Source: Adineta vaga (taxonomy: Eukaryota; Animalia; Rotifera). From it: DNA of 64,000 nt. Position 1 is the first letter of the stretch. Each line of letters starts with the position of its first letter. The stretch covers positions 15,934,001 to 15,998,000 of the forward strand of contig CP075494.1 of the NCBI GenBank assembly GCA_021613535.1, in the 5' to 3' direction. The notes below the pieces were generated by a model. It did not search any database. It had not been told where the DNA came from and was given only the letters and a program-made list of their open reading frames with translations. The translations under genes were made by a program, and so were the position numbers. Positions 34,498 to 48,241 of this stretch are shown here, piece after piece.

Positions 34498-37400
34498 ATG
34501 ATTATTGCAATAGATTCTATGTCGTCTGTAGCTTTGCAGCTAATGATCTCCATCCATCTAGCTTATGTCACATTATTAATTGATATGTCATCGGTTTCAC
34601 ATTATAATCTATATCATACGAATGAACAACGTGGCTGCTTCTATTGTTTTTTAACGGATCGTGATACGGTTCGCTACGAATCCGAGTCTGAACTCGACAT
34701 AAAAATCACTGGTGGCTTTCATATCATTCCGTACTGCCTGCATCCAACAGAACAAATCCAACAAGATATGTTTTATTCAAATGAATGCATTGATAATAAT
34801 ATCTGTTGGACATTTGCGCAACTGAAAGAAGAACGAATAACTACTGAAGATTTACTTATATGGTCTGTGCCAATCGATCTGATTGAACATTATCAAACAT
34901 ATTTGAACAACCCGAATGCATCAAATTCCTCATCTTTAGTAGTAATCTACAACTGTTCAGCAGGATGGTTTGGACCTCGTTGTCAATATACACTAGATTT
35001 TGATGATTTAACATTCAATGAACTTGTAGAGGATATTCTTCAAGCTAGATTCCATAACCAGAAAAAAGGAAAATCAAGCGATGGTACTTGTTACACTCAT
35101 TTATTGTGTGATCGTGGTCCAAATCCATCGTGTCTTGACTGGCGTGAGATTTGTAATGGAAAGAGAGATTGTATTAATGGAGATATTGATGAACAAAACT
35201 ATTGCATTGAATTAGAAGCAAATGAATGCACTACTGGAGAATATCGATGTCGAAATGGTCAATGTATACCTAATGTATTCGTTCGAGATGGCGATTACGA
35301 TTGTGCTGATAGAACAGATGAATTATTTGGAAGAAATAGAATCTTTCAAACAGATGACGTTGGTGATACATGTCCATTAGATCCATCATTTGATTGCGAA
35401 GACAGTATCTGTTCAGGACGAAATAATTTCCCATGTGGTGACGGTCAATGCATGTCCAGAATGATGCCCTATTCGATGTATATAAATGTCTGTGCGAACA
35501 AACGCAATCAGAAAATGGTAAAAGCTTTATTGTCACCTATGGGAAATCCGCATTTATTCTCTGAATGCGTTTTTGTTATGCACTGCATTACGCGTGTGAG
35601 TCATATAATATCGAAAGATTCGTGTGATCGATTATGCAGAAATATATCACAATGCACCGATTTGTTGCGAGTAAATAAGTGTTCACCGTCGTTTTTCTTT
35701 TTTCCTACTTATCCTGTTGTACACGGGCATGTACGATTTGTATATACTACCAACATAACTAGTTTTATGGGTGATACACTTTTCACACCGTATCTCATAT
35801 GTTTCGACAATCAATTGTGTGATCCATTTCTAAATTTGACAGTAGCTTATAATAATTCGACTTGCCATTATTATTCAGATCTCAGTCTTAGCAAGGAAAC
35901 ATTTGAAGCATGGGATGAATTGTTAGAAGCTGTGCACAATCTATTTTTACATTGCTCGTTAATAACAACTAAGAATTGCACAAACCTCTTTCGATGTAAA
36001 CGATCAAATTTGTGCGTATAAACACATCGTCTACTTGATGGAGTGAATGATTGTTTCGATAACAGTGACGAAGATGTGATGGATACATGTTTTCTCCAAG
36101 ATCCATATCGTTTTCAATGCTCTTCTGATCGAAATCGATGTATCTCATTGACGATGGTTGATGATGGGATCGTTGATTGTCCGGCCGGTGAAGATGAACA
36201 CAAATCTGTTCAAATACCATTATTCTCGATGTTGTGTGATTGGTATCAAGATATGTCTCCTGTTTTCGAAAATGGACGCGAAGAAACAGATGAAACAGAT
36301 TGCGGCTCTTATTTTCCTTGCAATAATCAATATACACAGTGCGACGGTGTTTGGAACTGTCGTGATGGTCTCGACGAAGCTAATTGTCCGTCATCTCTTT
36401 GTCCACCATTTTATCATCTATGCGTATCATTGGTAAATGATTCAATTGAATGTTTACCAATAACATTCGCAAATGATGGTATAATTCATTGTCGAGGTGG
36501 ATCAGACGAACAACATCATTGTCGTAACTTATTTCCTCAATCAAATAATATGCGATATCGATGTTCTAACGAAACGCATAAATGCATTTTTGTTTCTACG
36601 CTATGTGCGAATGATAAATATATATCAAGAAAAGATGATGAAAGGTGTGATGAGGATGAAAATGTTATCTGTCCATTACCCTACTTCCAAAATGATTGGG
36701 CATTTCCTGGCTTATGTTCTTCAACGAGCGATGAACAACTAATTACAACTGACAAGCTACTTTGTAGTCTAGCAGATCAGTACTCTCAAAACACTTTTGG
36801 TGGAAGACCGAATCGATATTTAACACTTCGTCATGCAGGCTACTATCCTTCTCCAACAACACATAATGCACCAAAATCAACCGAAAATACAAATGATAAA
36901 ATTATTTTAACACATATGCATCGCAAGAAAGTGAATATTGTCGATAGAATTTGGTTATGTAATCGAGGAATTCATATCTTCATCAATAAGAAGAAAGAGA
37001 ATGGTTGTTTTTGTCCACCAGCATATTACGGTGATCGGTGTCAATATCAAAATCAGCGTGTTAGTCTCATCCTCAAATTTATGAAAGAATTATCTCTTGA
37101 TCGAAATAGTATATTTCACATTGTAATTATGTTAATTGATGAGAAACAAACAATTGAATCCTATGATAAAATAATTTACGTGCCTGCACGTGATTGTAAT
37201 ATAAAGTTTCGTTTGAATCTCTTGTATTCATCGCGACCGAAAGATTCAAATAAAACTTATAGTGTACATATTGATGCATACAATAATACCAATTTAGTTT
37301 ATCATTTAAGCTGGTATTTGTTGATTCGATTTCAAGATCTTCCCATAAATCATGTAGTAACTCGTTTGTTCGTTGGTACCGAAGAAAACGCACAAGATTC

Positions 37401-39294
37401 AGAACATTGTTCCATAGATTGTGGTAAACATGGTCAATGCGTAAAGTATGCGAATACATCGAATTATTTTTGTCAATGTTTGCCAGGCTGGTTTGGATAT
37501 TCTTGTAACATAAGTCATGATTGTCGATGTGCAACTGATTCAAGATGTGTTGGTGTTTTCGCCAATCAATCGATCTGTATTTGCCCTCTTAATAAATTCG
37601 GTACATTTTGTCAACTTAGACGATCTGTATGTTCAGCAAATGCATGTAATTCTAGAGGAACTTGCGTACCGGATGATCCTAGAATGGAGGATCCTGATTT
37701 CATGTGCTTGTGCAATGAAGGTTATTTCGGGCTAAGATGTCAATTTGTCAGTACAAAAATTGAGATATCATTTGATAGTGTGTCCATTCCACAAGCTATA
37801 TTTACTCACTATATTACTGTCATGAAAAATGCTCCCCATGTTCATACAACTGTATTTAAAAAGATCCCTTACGATCAAGATACAGTGACATTGTTTCATT
37901 CTGGTTCATATCATATCCTCTTTACAGAATTTTCCAATCATTTTTATTTGACTGTAATTCAAGAAAAATCTAACGCATCGAAAACCATTTCAACACGTAT
38001 CCTTCGTTCACATCGTTGTGAACATATATCTACTCTGTTTAATCATACAATTCTTGATTATGGTCCTCTTCGTCGAATGAAGTACTATCATATACCTTGT
38101 CAAAAACTGTCTCAACTTGTCTGTTTTTATGACGAAGTATTTATGTGTTTGTGCAATCTTCATCGTCAAGCAAATTGCTTTGAATTTCATCGTAATATTA
38201 GTTACAAATGTTCAGATTCTGATTATTGTCAAAACAATGCGCAATGTCTTCAAGATGATCCGTTATGTCCTCTGACATTTGTTTGTGTTTGTTCTGACTG
38301 TTATTTTGGAAGTCAATGTCAATTTACTACGAAAACATTTGACCTATCTTTAGAAACTATTCTTGGTTATCAGATTCATTCTCACGTATCTTTTGCGCGT
38401 CAACCACTATCTCTCAAAATATGTTTAATTGTAACAATTATCATATTAATCATTGGTTTAATTACTGTAAGCTTATCTATTATTACATTTAAATCGAAGA
38501 AACTTCGAGAGACAGGTTGTGGAAATTATCTATTTGTATCATCAATTATTTGTCTTTTACATATAATTATTTTTGGATTTCGATTTTCATTACTTATACT
38601 TTCACAAATGAAACTTATCGATAATTATTATTTTCTTTTGTTAACTTGTAAATCAATGGATTTCCTATTGAAAATTTTACCAAATACAAGAGATTGGTTA
38701 CATGCTTGTGTGTCTATTGAACGATTATTAATAGTTAGTCAAGGAATCCATTTCAACAAAACTAAAAGTAGCAAGATTTCGAAAATAGTGATATTTGTCG
38801 TGTTTCTGATCGTTTTTAGTACTAATATTCATGATCCTATTTACCGTCGTCTCATTGATGATACTGGGGAGAAACGTACCTGGTGTGTGGCTGATTATTC
38901 GAAATCTCTACAGATTTTCAATTCAATCATCGATATTTTACATTTTTTAAGTCCATTATTTATCAATATTATTTCTGCTCTTGTTTTTATTATTCTAACG
39001 GCTCGACAACGATCGACAGCTCGAAAAAATCAAACCTACAAACAACATCTTCTTGGAGAATTTCGACAGCATAAACATTTATTGATCAGTCCTTTTATTC
39101 TTACATTGTTTACTTTACCTCGTTTGATCATATCGTTTCTCTCCGGATGTATGCAATCAGCTCGTCATCCATGGAATTTTACGATTAGTTATTTTGCAAC
39201 TCTTTTCTCATCTATTTCGCACTTTCTAGTTTTTGTACTTACAGCGAAATTTTATAAGGCTACTTTTCTTCAAGTGATTCGAAATGAGATATGA
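34498..39294 (+). pseudogene. Second giant LDLa/EGF-7TM receptor, intronless, with one in-frame TAA at 36019-36021
   Basis: ORFs 34498-36021 and 36043-39294 are in the same frame: LCV*THRLLDGVNDC aligns with KCISKTRLLDIVADC in the 593-5602 paralog; same domain order and CVSIER / NIHDPIYR 7TM motifs. Confidence 0.8.
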
Positions 39295-39848
39295 CAATAT
39301 TAGTCGATTAATTAATTGCTCGTTAGTAAACTTTAAAAAAATATAAAATATAAAAACGTAATTTATAATTACTTTATTACATGTTGACATATCTTTCAAG
39401 CTTTTTTAATATTCAACGACGCGAATGACTTATTTGAAGACGATCAATTTTTCTTTGTTGGCACTGTTATAGGGATCACTATAGTATACGATCCATTGTT
39501 GTCCGTCCGTTCCTTCGTTTCGCTTCTCTCTTCTGATGTTATGTTATATATGTACACATTCGTCGCTTCTTTGGATTAAATCGAATAAAGAGATCGTGCG
39601 TGAACACACGTATAGGCATGTGACAACTCCATCTTCGCTCAATGATCTGGAAATGAGCCGTCTGTATGAGATGTTAAATCCATGATGTTCGTGCTTGCCA
39701 GTGCTTGGTACATCAGTATGCAAAAAGATTGTAACTCTATTCTTAATTTCGACTCATCATTATTTTCTCTTTGTAGTGAGAAATTATTTGTGAGAGATTA
39801 CTACCAAACATCCATATTTCGGCATTATTCCTTTTTCCGAAAGAAACG

Positions 39849-39930
39849 GTTATACAGCGATTAAATCCTAGGGTCCAAACGCTAAAAGTTTGTCTGTCTG
39901 TCCGTCCTAACCAATCAGAAAACAGCATTT
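39849..39930 (+). repeat. HINE/DINE-1-like short repeat with (CTGT)n/(CCGT) microsatellite
   Basis: ttatacagcg..tttgtctgtctgtccgtcc..; inverted copy at 4096-4173; related gtccgtccgt motif near 39500. Confidence 0.55.
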
Positions 39931-40599
39931 CGTAAATCAATGATAACTTATGAAAACTTAACCGGAAGCTATTGACGGAAGGGTAATCGAGATCGAGAAT
40001 CTCGAATCTGTCGTTAGTTTTTCGAAACTCTAGTAAATTACTTAACTGTTCATAAATTATTTTAATACCATATAAGAGTTGGCGAAAAGGTTTTCAGAAT
40101 CGAAGATCTCGAATCTGATACTAGTTTTTGGTGATTCATTATCTGAGACCTATTTTAATCCTTTCCTCCCAGGAAACTCAATGTTTCACGAGTTTTTGTT
40201 CAAATTCCAACAAAAGTTATCGATAATGATCAGTTTGAATCTGATGGCAGTTCTATCTAATTAATTCCACCATTGTCTTTTACCTCTCTCTCCAAAATAG
40301 ATATCTCACTGAATATCTCTTTTCAAAACGGTAATAGAAATTAATAAACTGGACGGTGTTCGTGGACTGTATCTGACATTAGGATCATTTATGAGTTCTC
40401 AGCATAGGATTTAGTGTGGGTGTGGGTCACAGCACTCAATTCACTGAGATTGATTCTAAATAGTCAACAAGATAGGATGTAGTTTATAACATATCATCAC
40501 ACATCTCTTTGCTAGCCGGTCTATTGAAAACTGGATATCGGCCGGTATGTATAGACATATCTTTCACTGCGTCCTGTGTGTTTGTTAAATCAACTAGTG

Positions 40600-41292
40600 A
40601 CATCTGTGAATGGTTCCGTAGAATGTTCACTGAACTCTAACAATCGTTACGATGCTATTCATCGTTTCGTACAAGTTACACGGAATCACTTTGAAGTATA
40701 CGGATATGTTCATATATTTCAATATATCCTATGAAACCTTGAACCGTTGCATGAAGCAATTGATAGGTTGGTAAAATTCTCTCAAGTCTCTACTCATTCT
40801 CTGAAGTGGATTATCGTCTAGTTAAAGCTACGCTGAACCAGTTACAAGCATATGGAAGCCATCATAGTTTAACGTAAATTTTGTCAAACCTTTGGGCAAT
40901 GTACAAAGTCAGTGACAATTTGACAAAAACTGTGCCAAGCCTTACGATGGTTTACAAAACGCCCACTAGTTTTGTACATTGTATACGGAACCATAGTTGG
41001 ATTCGTATATGTTTTACAGATCTTTTGGGAGGTCTACCGAGCTATGTCAGATTCAGTATAAACTGGGCGGAACCTTTTGAGCCCGTACTGAACCTTCAGT
41101 AGCTTGGTTCGACACATAACGAACCTTTTCGAGGTTTAGTAGGAAGACTACGAAACTATGTATCAATTTCTGAACCTAAAAAGGTTTTCTTCGTCGGCTA
41201 CGGAACTTTCTCCACTCTGCCGAGCTTATAATAGTTCGCTGCAGAACTACTGAACCTCTAAAGTACAGTTAAAGTACCTTTTTTTTAGAGTG
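40600..41292. mobile_element. Truncated CACTCTAAAA-ended (EnSpm/CMC-like) element; left boundary approximate
   Basis: Right end ttttttagagtg+TA identical to the end of the MITE at 49715-49906; many gaacc/ggttc subterminal motifs; no left TIR found. Confidence 0.5.
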
Positions 41293-42219
41293 TATAAGAA
41301 GGACTCGAAATCATTATACATTATCTCAGTTTAGTCGTGTTTCCCTAAAAACCTAGTGGATTTGAATTTTTGGATGGTAAGATACGGAATCATTCAACAC
41401 ATTAATGGAATATGAGTATGTGTAAGAGGGAAGAAAAATTCATTTTTATCTATCAACAAGAAATTAATGATATTGAAAACGAGCTCTGTAATTTCTTGCG
41501 ATTCTAGTGAAGAAATGAACCACCATTACCGCTCTAGTCAAATTCTAGTATTTATTCCGAATAAATAGGACAGAGAGAAAATAGAACTCATATAAATCGC
41601 AAACTATTATGTAATTATAAGATTTGAAAATTATAATAACAAACAAGAATAAAAAATTCGGAAACCATTATAATATGTTATATTTACGGAGAGAATATAT
41701 TGCAATATATGAAACCTAATTACATCTTTAATTAGAGGGAAAATGATATCGATTTATGATAAGCCTGGGCTATTCAACAAAAAAATATGAACTTTATTCA
41801 ATTTTCTTAGATAAAAAAAAATATCTCTCGCGAGATATTCAAGTTCTCTTTGAGAATACATTTCGACACATTAATAATGAGAAAAAAATTGTATGTTATT
41901 TTATTGTTACTCTACCTAATTTTCATGAACATCCAAAAGTCGGTTATTGTGAAAAGCCATGAACAAATTCTTTTTTATAACACATTTTTATACAACGATT
42001 TTATCTTCATTGTTTACATGCACATTTACCAAAATGAGTCAACCGTCTGTCGCTTCATCGATGTGTTTTTATCTTGATTATTTTTTCACAACGCATTACA
42101 GACGTGTGAGATTTCTTTGTATCACTTGGACTGTGAATAATTAAATAACAGATATTCTTTAATTCGTTTGTAATTCACCACAAAAAGAGGTACGCTTGTG
42201 GCCATGACACCAAAATGAC

Positions 42220-42640
42220 CCAGGTCGAAGCGGGTACATCGGATCTTGTCGGGAGGGTATAATATCCGACGCAATACGGATAAGCGGATTCGGTCGGCTA
42301 CTTTTTGTCGGATTCCGATATCATCCGTTCTCTTCCTTTGCAATCTACTAGTTGGATTCGCAAAGATCCGATTAGATCCATGTATTCGGAACCGACGAGA
42401 TCCGGTGTCAGGATCCGATCATTTCTGAACTAATTCAGGCTAATCCGACGTCCGGGAATGATCAAGATTTGTCGGCTCACATGACACAGGATCCCATGAT
42501 CAATCCGATCAATGACTGTGATAGGAACTTGTCGGATTCTACAAGGACATAGAAGTTCCGTTGATCAGATCTTCTTTGTACCATATGAAACAGATCCGGT
42601 CGGATCAGCTACTGTTGTACATCGGAAGTAATCGGAAACT
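42220..42640. repeat. GC-richer repeat with dense ATCCGA/TCGGAT motifs (transposon relic), related to 47955-48241
   Basis: Starts cccagg; repeated atccga, gtcgga, gatccg; ends at a (TA)n run. Confidence 0.55.
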
Positions 42641-43073
42641 CGTGTATATATATATATATATATATATAATTACACTGGTTAGCATACTCTCAAAGACATA
42701 AAATGGTCTAATGTGATTGAAATTTTATTCCAATACATTTTATGAAATAAAACTAAATCCAGTAATAAACATGTCGATATCGCAATCAAGTATGTTAATA
42801 ATTACTAAATCAAAGTAAGTAAACAAATAGTTACTGTTTATCGAAATAGATTCGACTTTCAAGTAATGATAAAAACTAAGTAAATTGATTTCTTGTTGTA
42901 TCAATCTTAGACAGTTTCTCATAACTGAGATAAACTTCCCGTTGGTCTATGTAGATAAAGATCACTCTATACTCTCTGGATGATTGAGCTATCATCACAA
43001 TAGCAGATTAAAGCATAAGTGATGGATTTTTTGTTGTTTGATAGGAATCGATGGCAGGTGAATAGTCTTTTAA

Positions 43074-45345
43074 GAGAGAGTCCGCCACAGGGGACCCCAA
43101 CAACGCCGCGGAAAAAAATTTATTTTTCGATTTTATTTTTTAAAATGAAAGGTCTAATTGAACTATAGATAAATCCAAAATATTAGATCATTTGGACTTA
43201 CCTATGAAAAATGCGAGCAAAAACACGTTTTATGGGTCATTTTTTATGCTAAAAAATGGATGAAGAATAATGTACTCAGTATTTTGACGATAACTCGCGA
43301 TTGACTTGACCGTTTTCGGTCGGGGACGTCTCATTCGAGAGAGAATCATATAGGGTATAAACCTAATTCATCAAAGTCTTTCATATATATCGTTTTGAAA
43401 ATGCTGTAGGCCAAGAACCCTCCTAGAACTCTCAATTTGGAATACTCCCAATTATCAGTATTTTCCACTTTTCTCGCACTGTGATAAAGATCGCACGCTG
43501 AATTTTTTACTGCAGATAGGTGACATGGAGACGCATCTTTTCGTATCAGATCATCCCAGTCGGAAACACTCGGAAGTACTACTTAGTATAAGTCACACTG
43601 TAACTGACCGACAAAACCCGGATCGAAAAAACCCTCATATGGCATCAAAAAATATTTCAAACATAGAAATAGACTTCAGATTCTGAATCAGCACGCAAAA
43701 CTGCATTAGAAAATGTATTTTAAAATATCATTTTTCATGAATTTGAGGAGATGACAATGTTGGGTTCCACCTATGACTAAACGATGAACAGACGAAAGAT
43801 ATTCAAAGAAATGGCGATGTATCATGCCACTTATAAATGGCGAATTAGTGTCAATGAAAAGCCCAATCAAATGTACGATGAAATCAGGTATTTTGAAATG
43901 TTCAAAGGTTCTTGATGGTGTCAATAGGTCCTGGCTGATTGTTGAGATCCTCCAAACCCTCACATTTCGGGCCCGTATTGTACATCTACTATTCGAAATA
44001 ACCAACACTAAAGCGAAACTAACATCAGATTCGAGATCAGGATAAAAAACTGAGTCGAACTATATAGTTTTAGTTAATTTTAAAGAGTTCAAAATTTTCA
44101 TCAAAAATTTAGCCCGTACTCCCCTAAGTGATACCTAAAAAATCGAAAGTTGGAAATTTAATACATTCTCTGTGAAATAAGAATGCGGATATTTTCAGAA
44201 TAGCTATAGAATGAAAATCAAATGTGAAAAACGAATCTAAAGAGGTTTTTGACAGACTTTCATTTTTGACCCCACCCTGGAGGGGGGTACAGGCCAGATT
44301 TTTCATGAAAAAATGAACTATCTGCAAAATCATTGAAATTAATATGTATCGATGTGTTTTTTTATGCTGATTCCGAATCTGATACTTTTGTATGTAATAA
44401 TTCAACTCTTATTAGCAGTGTCAGACAAAGAAGGGGTCCGATTGGTGGGAAAACGTTGGTCGTGTTCGAGGGGTTCACCTGTTCTCTTTATTTTCATACC
44501 CTTTGAAGCTTGAAGGGTACGCGGTTTTAAATCTAGGCACCTAGTCTCTCTCATGCAAAAAAGTCCAGATCCATAGTTTTCTTCATTTGTGAATTGCAAG
44601 CCAGCATAAGTATAGCGAATTGATAGTTTACTCATAGGTCGAACCGAAAATTGTCATCTCCTCAAATTCATGAAAAATGATATTTTAAAATACATTTTCT
44701 AATGCAGTTTTGCGTGCTGATTCAGAATCTGAAGTCTATTTCTATGTTTGAAATATTTTTTGATGCCATATGAGGGTTTTTTCGATCCGGGTTTTGTCGG
44801 TCAGTTACAGTGTGACTTATACTAAGTAGTACTTCCGAGTGTTTCCGACTGGGATGATCTGATACGAAAAGATGCGTCTCCATGTCACCTATCTGCAGTA
44901 AAAAATTCAGCGTGCGATCTTTATCACAGTGCGAGAAAAGTGGAAAATACTGATAATTGGGGGTATTCCAAATTGAGAGTTCTCGGAGGATTTTTGGCCT
45001 ACAGCATTTTCAAAACTATATATATATAAGACTTTGATGAGTTAGGTTTATACCTTATATGATTCTCTCTCGAATGAGACGTCCCCGACCGAAAACGGTC
45101 AAGTCAATCGCGAGTTATCGTCAAAATACTGAGTACATTATTCTTCATCCATTTTTTAGCATAAAAAATGACCCATAAAACGTGTTTTTGCTCGCATTTT
45201 TCATAGGTAAGTCCAAATGATCTAATATTTTGGATTTATCTATAGTTCAATTAGACCTTTCATTTTAAAAAATAAAATCGAAAAATAAATTTTTTTCCGC
45301 GGCGCGATATGCATAGAGTAGGGGTCTCCTGTCACGGACTCTCTC
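43074..45345. mobile_element. Non-autonomous foldback-type element, Kolobok-like (RR...YY ends, TTAA TSD), ~680-bp inverted arms
   Basis: TTAA at 43070-43073 and 45346-45349; termini gagagagtccg / cggactctctc; arms 43074-43758 and 44650-45345 near-identical; ~890-bp non-coding core. Confidence 0.9.
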
Positions 45346-45892
45346 TTAATAACCCATTAAAACCTATAAAACGATAATAAAATAAAAGATCGAATTCATC
45401 GTTAGTCTTGAACAATCATGTTGAAAATCAGGTAAAAAACTATTCCTTTCTCGATCAATCTGGAATGAGTTTCGAATGAGTTGTTATTCGAATATTTGAT
45501 ATTAATGTCACATCCTATGAAAAATCACTCTTGACAACCATTGTAATCGTACATTAACCTTAGCTCAAAATATGACGCGAGCACTTATGGATCATACACA
45601 ACTACATGTTTTGTTTCTATGTTGAATCAATTTGTTCATATTCATTATTAGAATTTTGCACATAAGCTCTTCAGTAAGAAATAAGCAATTGAACTCAGTC
45701 GCTCTTCTATTCAATAGTAAACAGATATCTGAGAGAAACTCCATAAATAAATAAATATTTGATATCAAATTACATCTTATTTTAGTTATCTTTGTTTTCT
45801 CAAGGCAGATCTTTATGTCATATATTCGTCGAATCATATGCTTTCCTAAAATATGAAGCTCTTCCTGTCCAAGAAATTCAAAACCCAACATT

Positions 45893-47225
45893 TTGATTAG
45901 ATTAGATTAGATTACAGATCACGACCATGACCCTATATAAGGAGGTGCGTCTGTCATTTGTAAGATTACTTTTCGAAAGCTGAAAAATCCAAAAAAAATT
46001 CAAAAATCAAGATTTGGATTAGATTACAGATTACGACTACAGATTACGATTACGACTATGACCCTATATAAGGAGGTGCGTCTGCCATTTATAACATTAC
46101 TTTTCGAAATCTGAAAAATCCAAAAAATCCAAAAATCAAGATTTGGATTAGATTAGATTAGATTAGATTACAGATTACAGATTACGATTACGACTATGAC
46201 CCTATATAAGGAGGTGCGTCTGTCATTTGTAAGATTACTTTTCGAAATCTGAGAAATCCAAAAAATCCAAAAATCAAGATTTGGATTAGATTAGATTACA
46301 GATTACAGATTACGATTACCACCATGACCCTATATAAGGAGGTGCGTCTGTCATTTATAACATTACTTTTCGAAATCTGAGAAATCCAAAAAATCCAAAA
46401 ATCAAGATTTGGATTAGATTAGATTAGATTAGATTACAGATTACAGATTGCGATTACCACTATGACCCTATATAAGGAGGTGCGTCTGTCATTTATAAGA
46501 TTACTTTTCGAAATCTGAGAAATCTAAAATCAAGATTTGGATTAGATTAGATTAGATTAGATTACAGATTACAGATTGCGATTACGACTATGACCCTATA
46601 TAAGGAGGTGCGTCTGTCATTTGTAAGATTACTTTTCGAAATCTGAGAAATCTAAAATCAAGATTTGGATTAGATTAGATTAGATTAGATTACAGATTAC
46701 AGATTGCGATTACGACTATGACCCTATATAAGGAGGTGCGTCTGTCATTTGTAAGATTACTTTTCGAAATCTGAAAAATCCAAAAAATCCAAAAATCAAG
46801 ATTTGGATTAGATTAGATTAGATTAGATTACAGATTGCGATTACCACTATGACCCTATATAAGGAGGTGCGTCTGTCATTTGTAAGATTACTTTTCGAAA
46901 TCTGAGAAATCCAAAAAATCCAAAAATCAAGATTTGGATTAGATTAGATTACAGATTACGATTACGACCATGACCCTATATAAGGAGGTGCGTCTGTCAT
47001 TTATAAGATTACTTTTCGAAATCTGAGAAATCTAAAATCAAGATTTGGATTAGATTAGATTAGATTAGATTACAGATTACAGATTGCGATTACCACTATG
47101 ACCCTATATAAGGAGGTGCGTCTGTCATTTGTAAGATTACTTTTCGAAATCTGAGAAATCTAAAATCAAGATTTGGATTAGATTAGATTACAGATTGCGA
47201 TTACTTATATGGTCCTATATAAGGC
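45893..47225 (+). repeat. Tandem satellite, 10 units of 121-138 bp plus one degenerate unit
   Basis: Invariant core ccctatataaggaggtgcgtctg at 45931, 46062, 46200, 46328, 46466, 46594, 46722, 46853, 46974, 47102; variable (gatta)n/(gattaca)n blocks. Confidence 0.95.
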
Positions 47226-47339
47226 AGTGGCTCATGCATTTCAGAAGTCTATAATAAAAATGCAACATATCTTCATAACAGCAGTTGCTGTCTTCGTACA
47301 AAGTAACTTAATCTGGGACCAATGGAGGAGAATACGCCT

Positions 47340-47940
47340 TCAATCTGGTGGAAATCCATCGTAATCTGGGTGAAATCTATGGTAATCTTACTGTAATCCA
47401 TCGTAATCTTGGAGGAATCTACAGTAATCCATTGTAATCCAGGTGAAATCTACAGTAATCCATCGTAATCTTGGAGGAATCTACAGTAATCCATCGTAAT
47501 CCAGGTGAAATCTATGGTAATCTTACTGTAATCCATCGTAATCTTCGGGGAATCTACGGTAATCCATCGTAATCTAGTCGAAATGTATCGTAATCTTCGG
47601 GGAATCTACGGTAATCCATCGTAATCTTGGAGGAATCTACGGTAATCCATCGTAATCCAGGTGAAATCTATAGTAATCTTACTGTAATCCATCGTAATCT
47701 TGGAGGAATCTACGGTAATCCATCGTAATCCTGATGGAATCCGTCGTAATCTTGAAGAAGTCTAGGGTAATCCATTGTAATCTAGGCGAAATCCATTGTG
47801 ATTTTGAAGAAATCTAGGGTAATCTATCGTAATCTAGGTGAAATCCATTGTAATCTAGGTGAAATCCATTGTAATCTAGGTGAAATCCATTGTAATCTAG
47901 GTGAAATCTATCGTAATCTTACTGTAATCCATCCTAATCT
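47340..47940. repeat. Degenerate minisatellite of GTAATC/GAAATC motifs
   Basis: Repeated gtaatccatcgtaatc, ggaatctac and gtaatctaggtgaaatccatt units. Confidence 0.9.
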
Positions 47941-47954
47941 AGAATAACAAATTT

Positions 47955-48241
47955 TGTATCCGGTGGAATCCGGTCGGTTCCGATGAGATAAGGGTTTCTT
48001 CCTCAGTTGTCCTGATGGGAGCTCTTGTCGGTTTCGACCGTATCCGTGACTCAGAACCGACAAAATCCGGTCGGATCTTTTCCGACGTAATCCGCGTCGG
48101 AATCCGTTAGTTAGGATTGCGGTCAAAATCGTAGGGGTTCCGGTCGGTTTTGGTCGAGAAAAGGACGATTTCCGACAGAATCCGATGTCGGATTTGATCC
48201 GCGTCTTGTCGGATCTGTCGGTCGGAATGAATCTCCTGGGG
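47955..48241. repeat. ATCCGA/GTCGGA-rich repeat (transposon relic)
   Basis: Ends cctggg; same motif vocabulary as 42220-42640. Confidence 0.55.

Noticed and set aside
858-38190. Many 60-160 aa ORFs overlapping the large genes on the opposite strand or in other frames
   Set aside because: Typical shadow ORFs of AT-rich coding DNA with no recognisable motifs
43706-44635. Short ORFs in the foldback core as a transposase
   Set aside because: All 100 aa or shorter, with no DDE, THAP or zinc-finger motifs
45893-47225. Regular repeat array as a possible CRISPR array
   Set aside because: Sequences between the conserved cores are themselves repeats, not unique spacers; no cas genes; eukaryotic context
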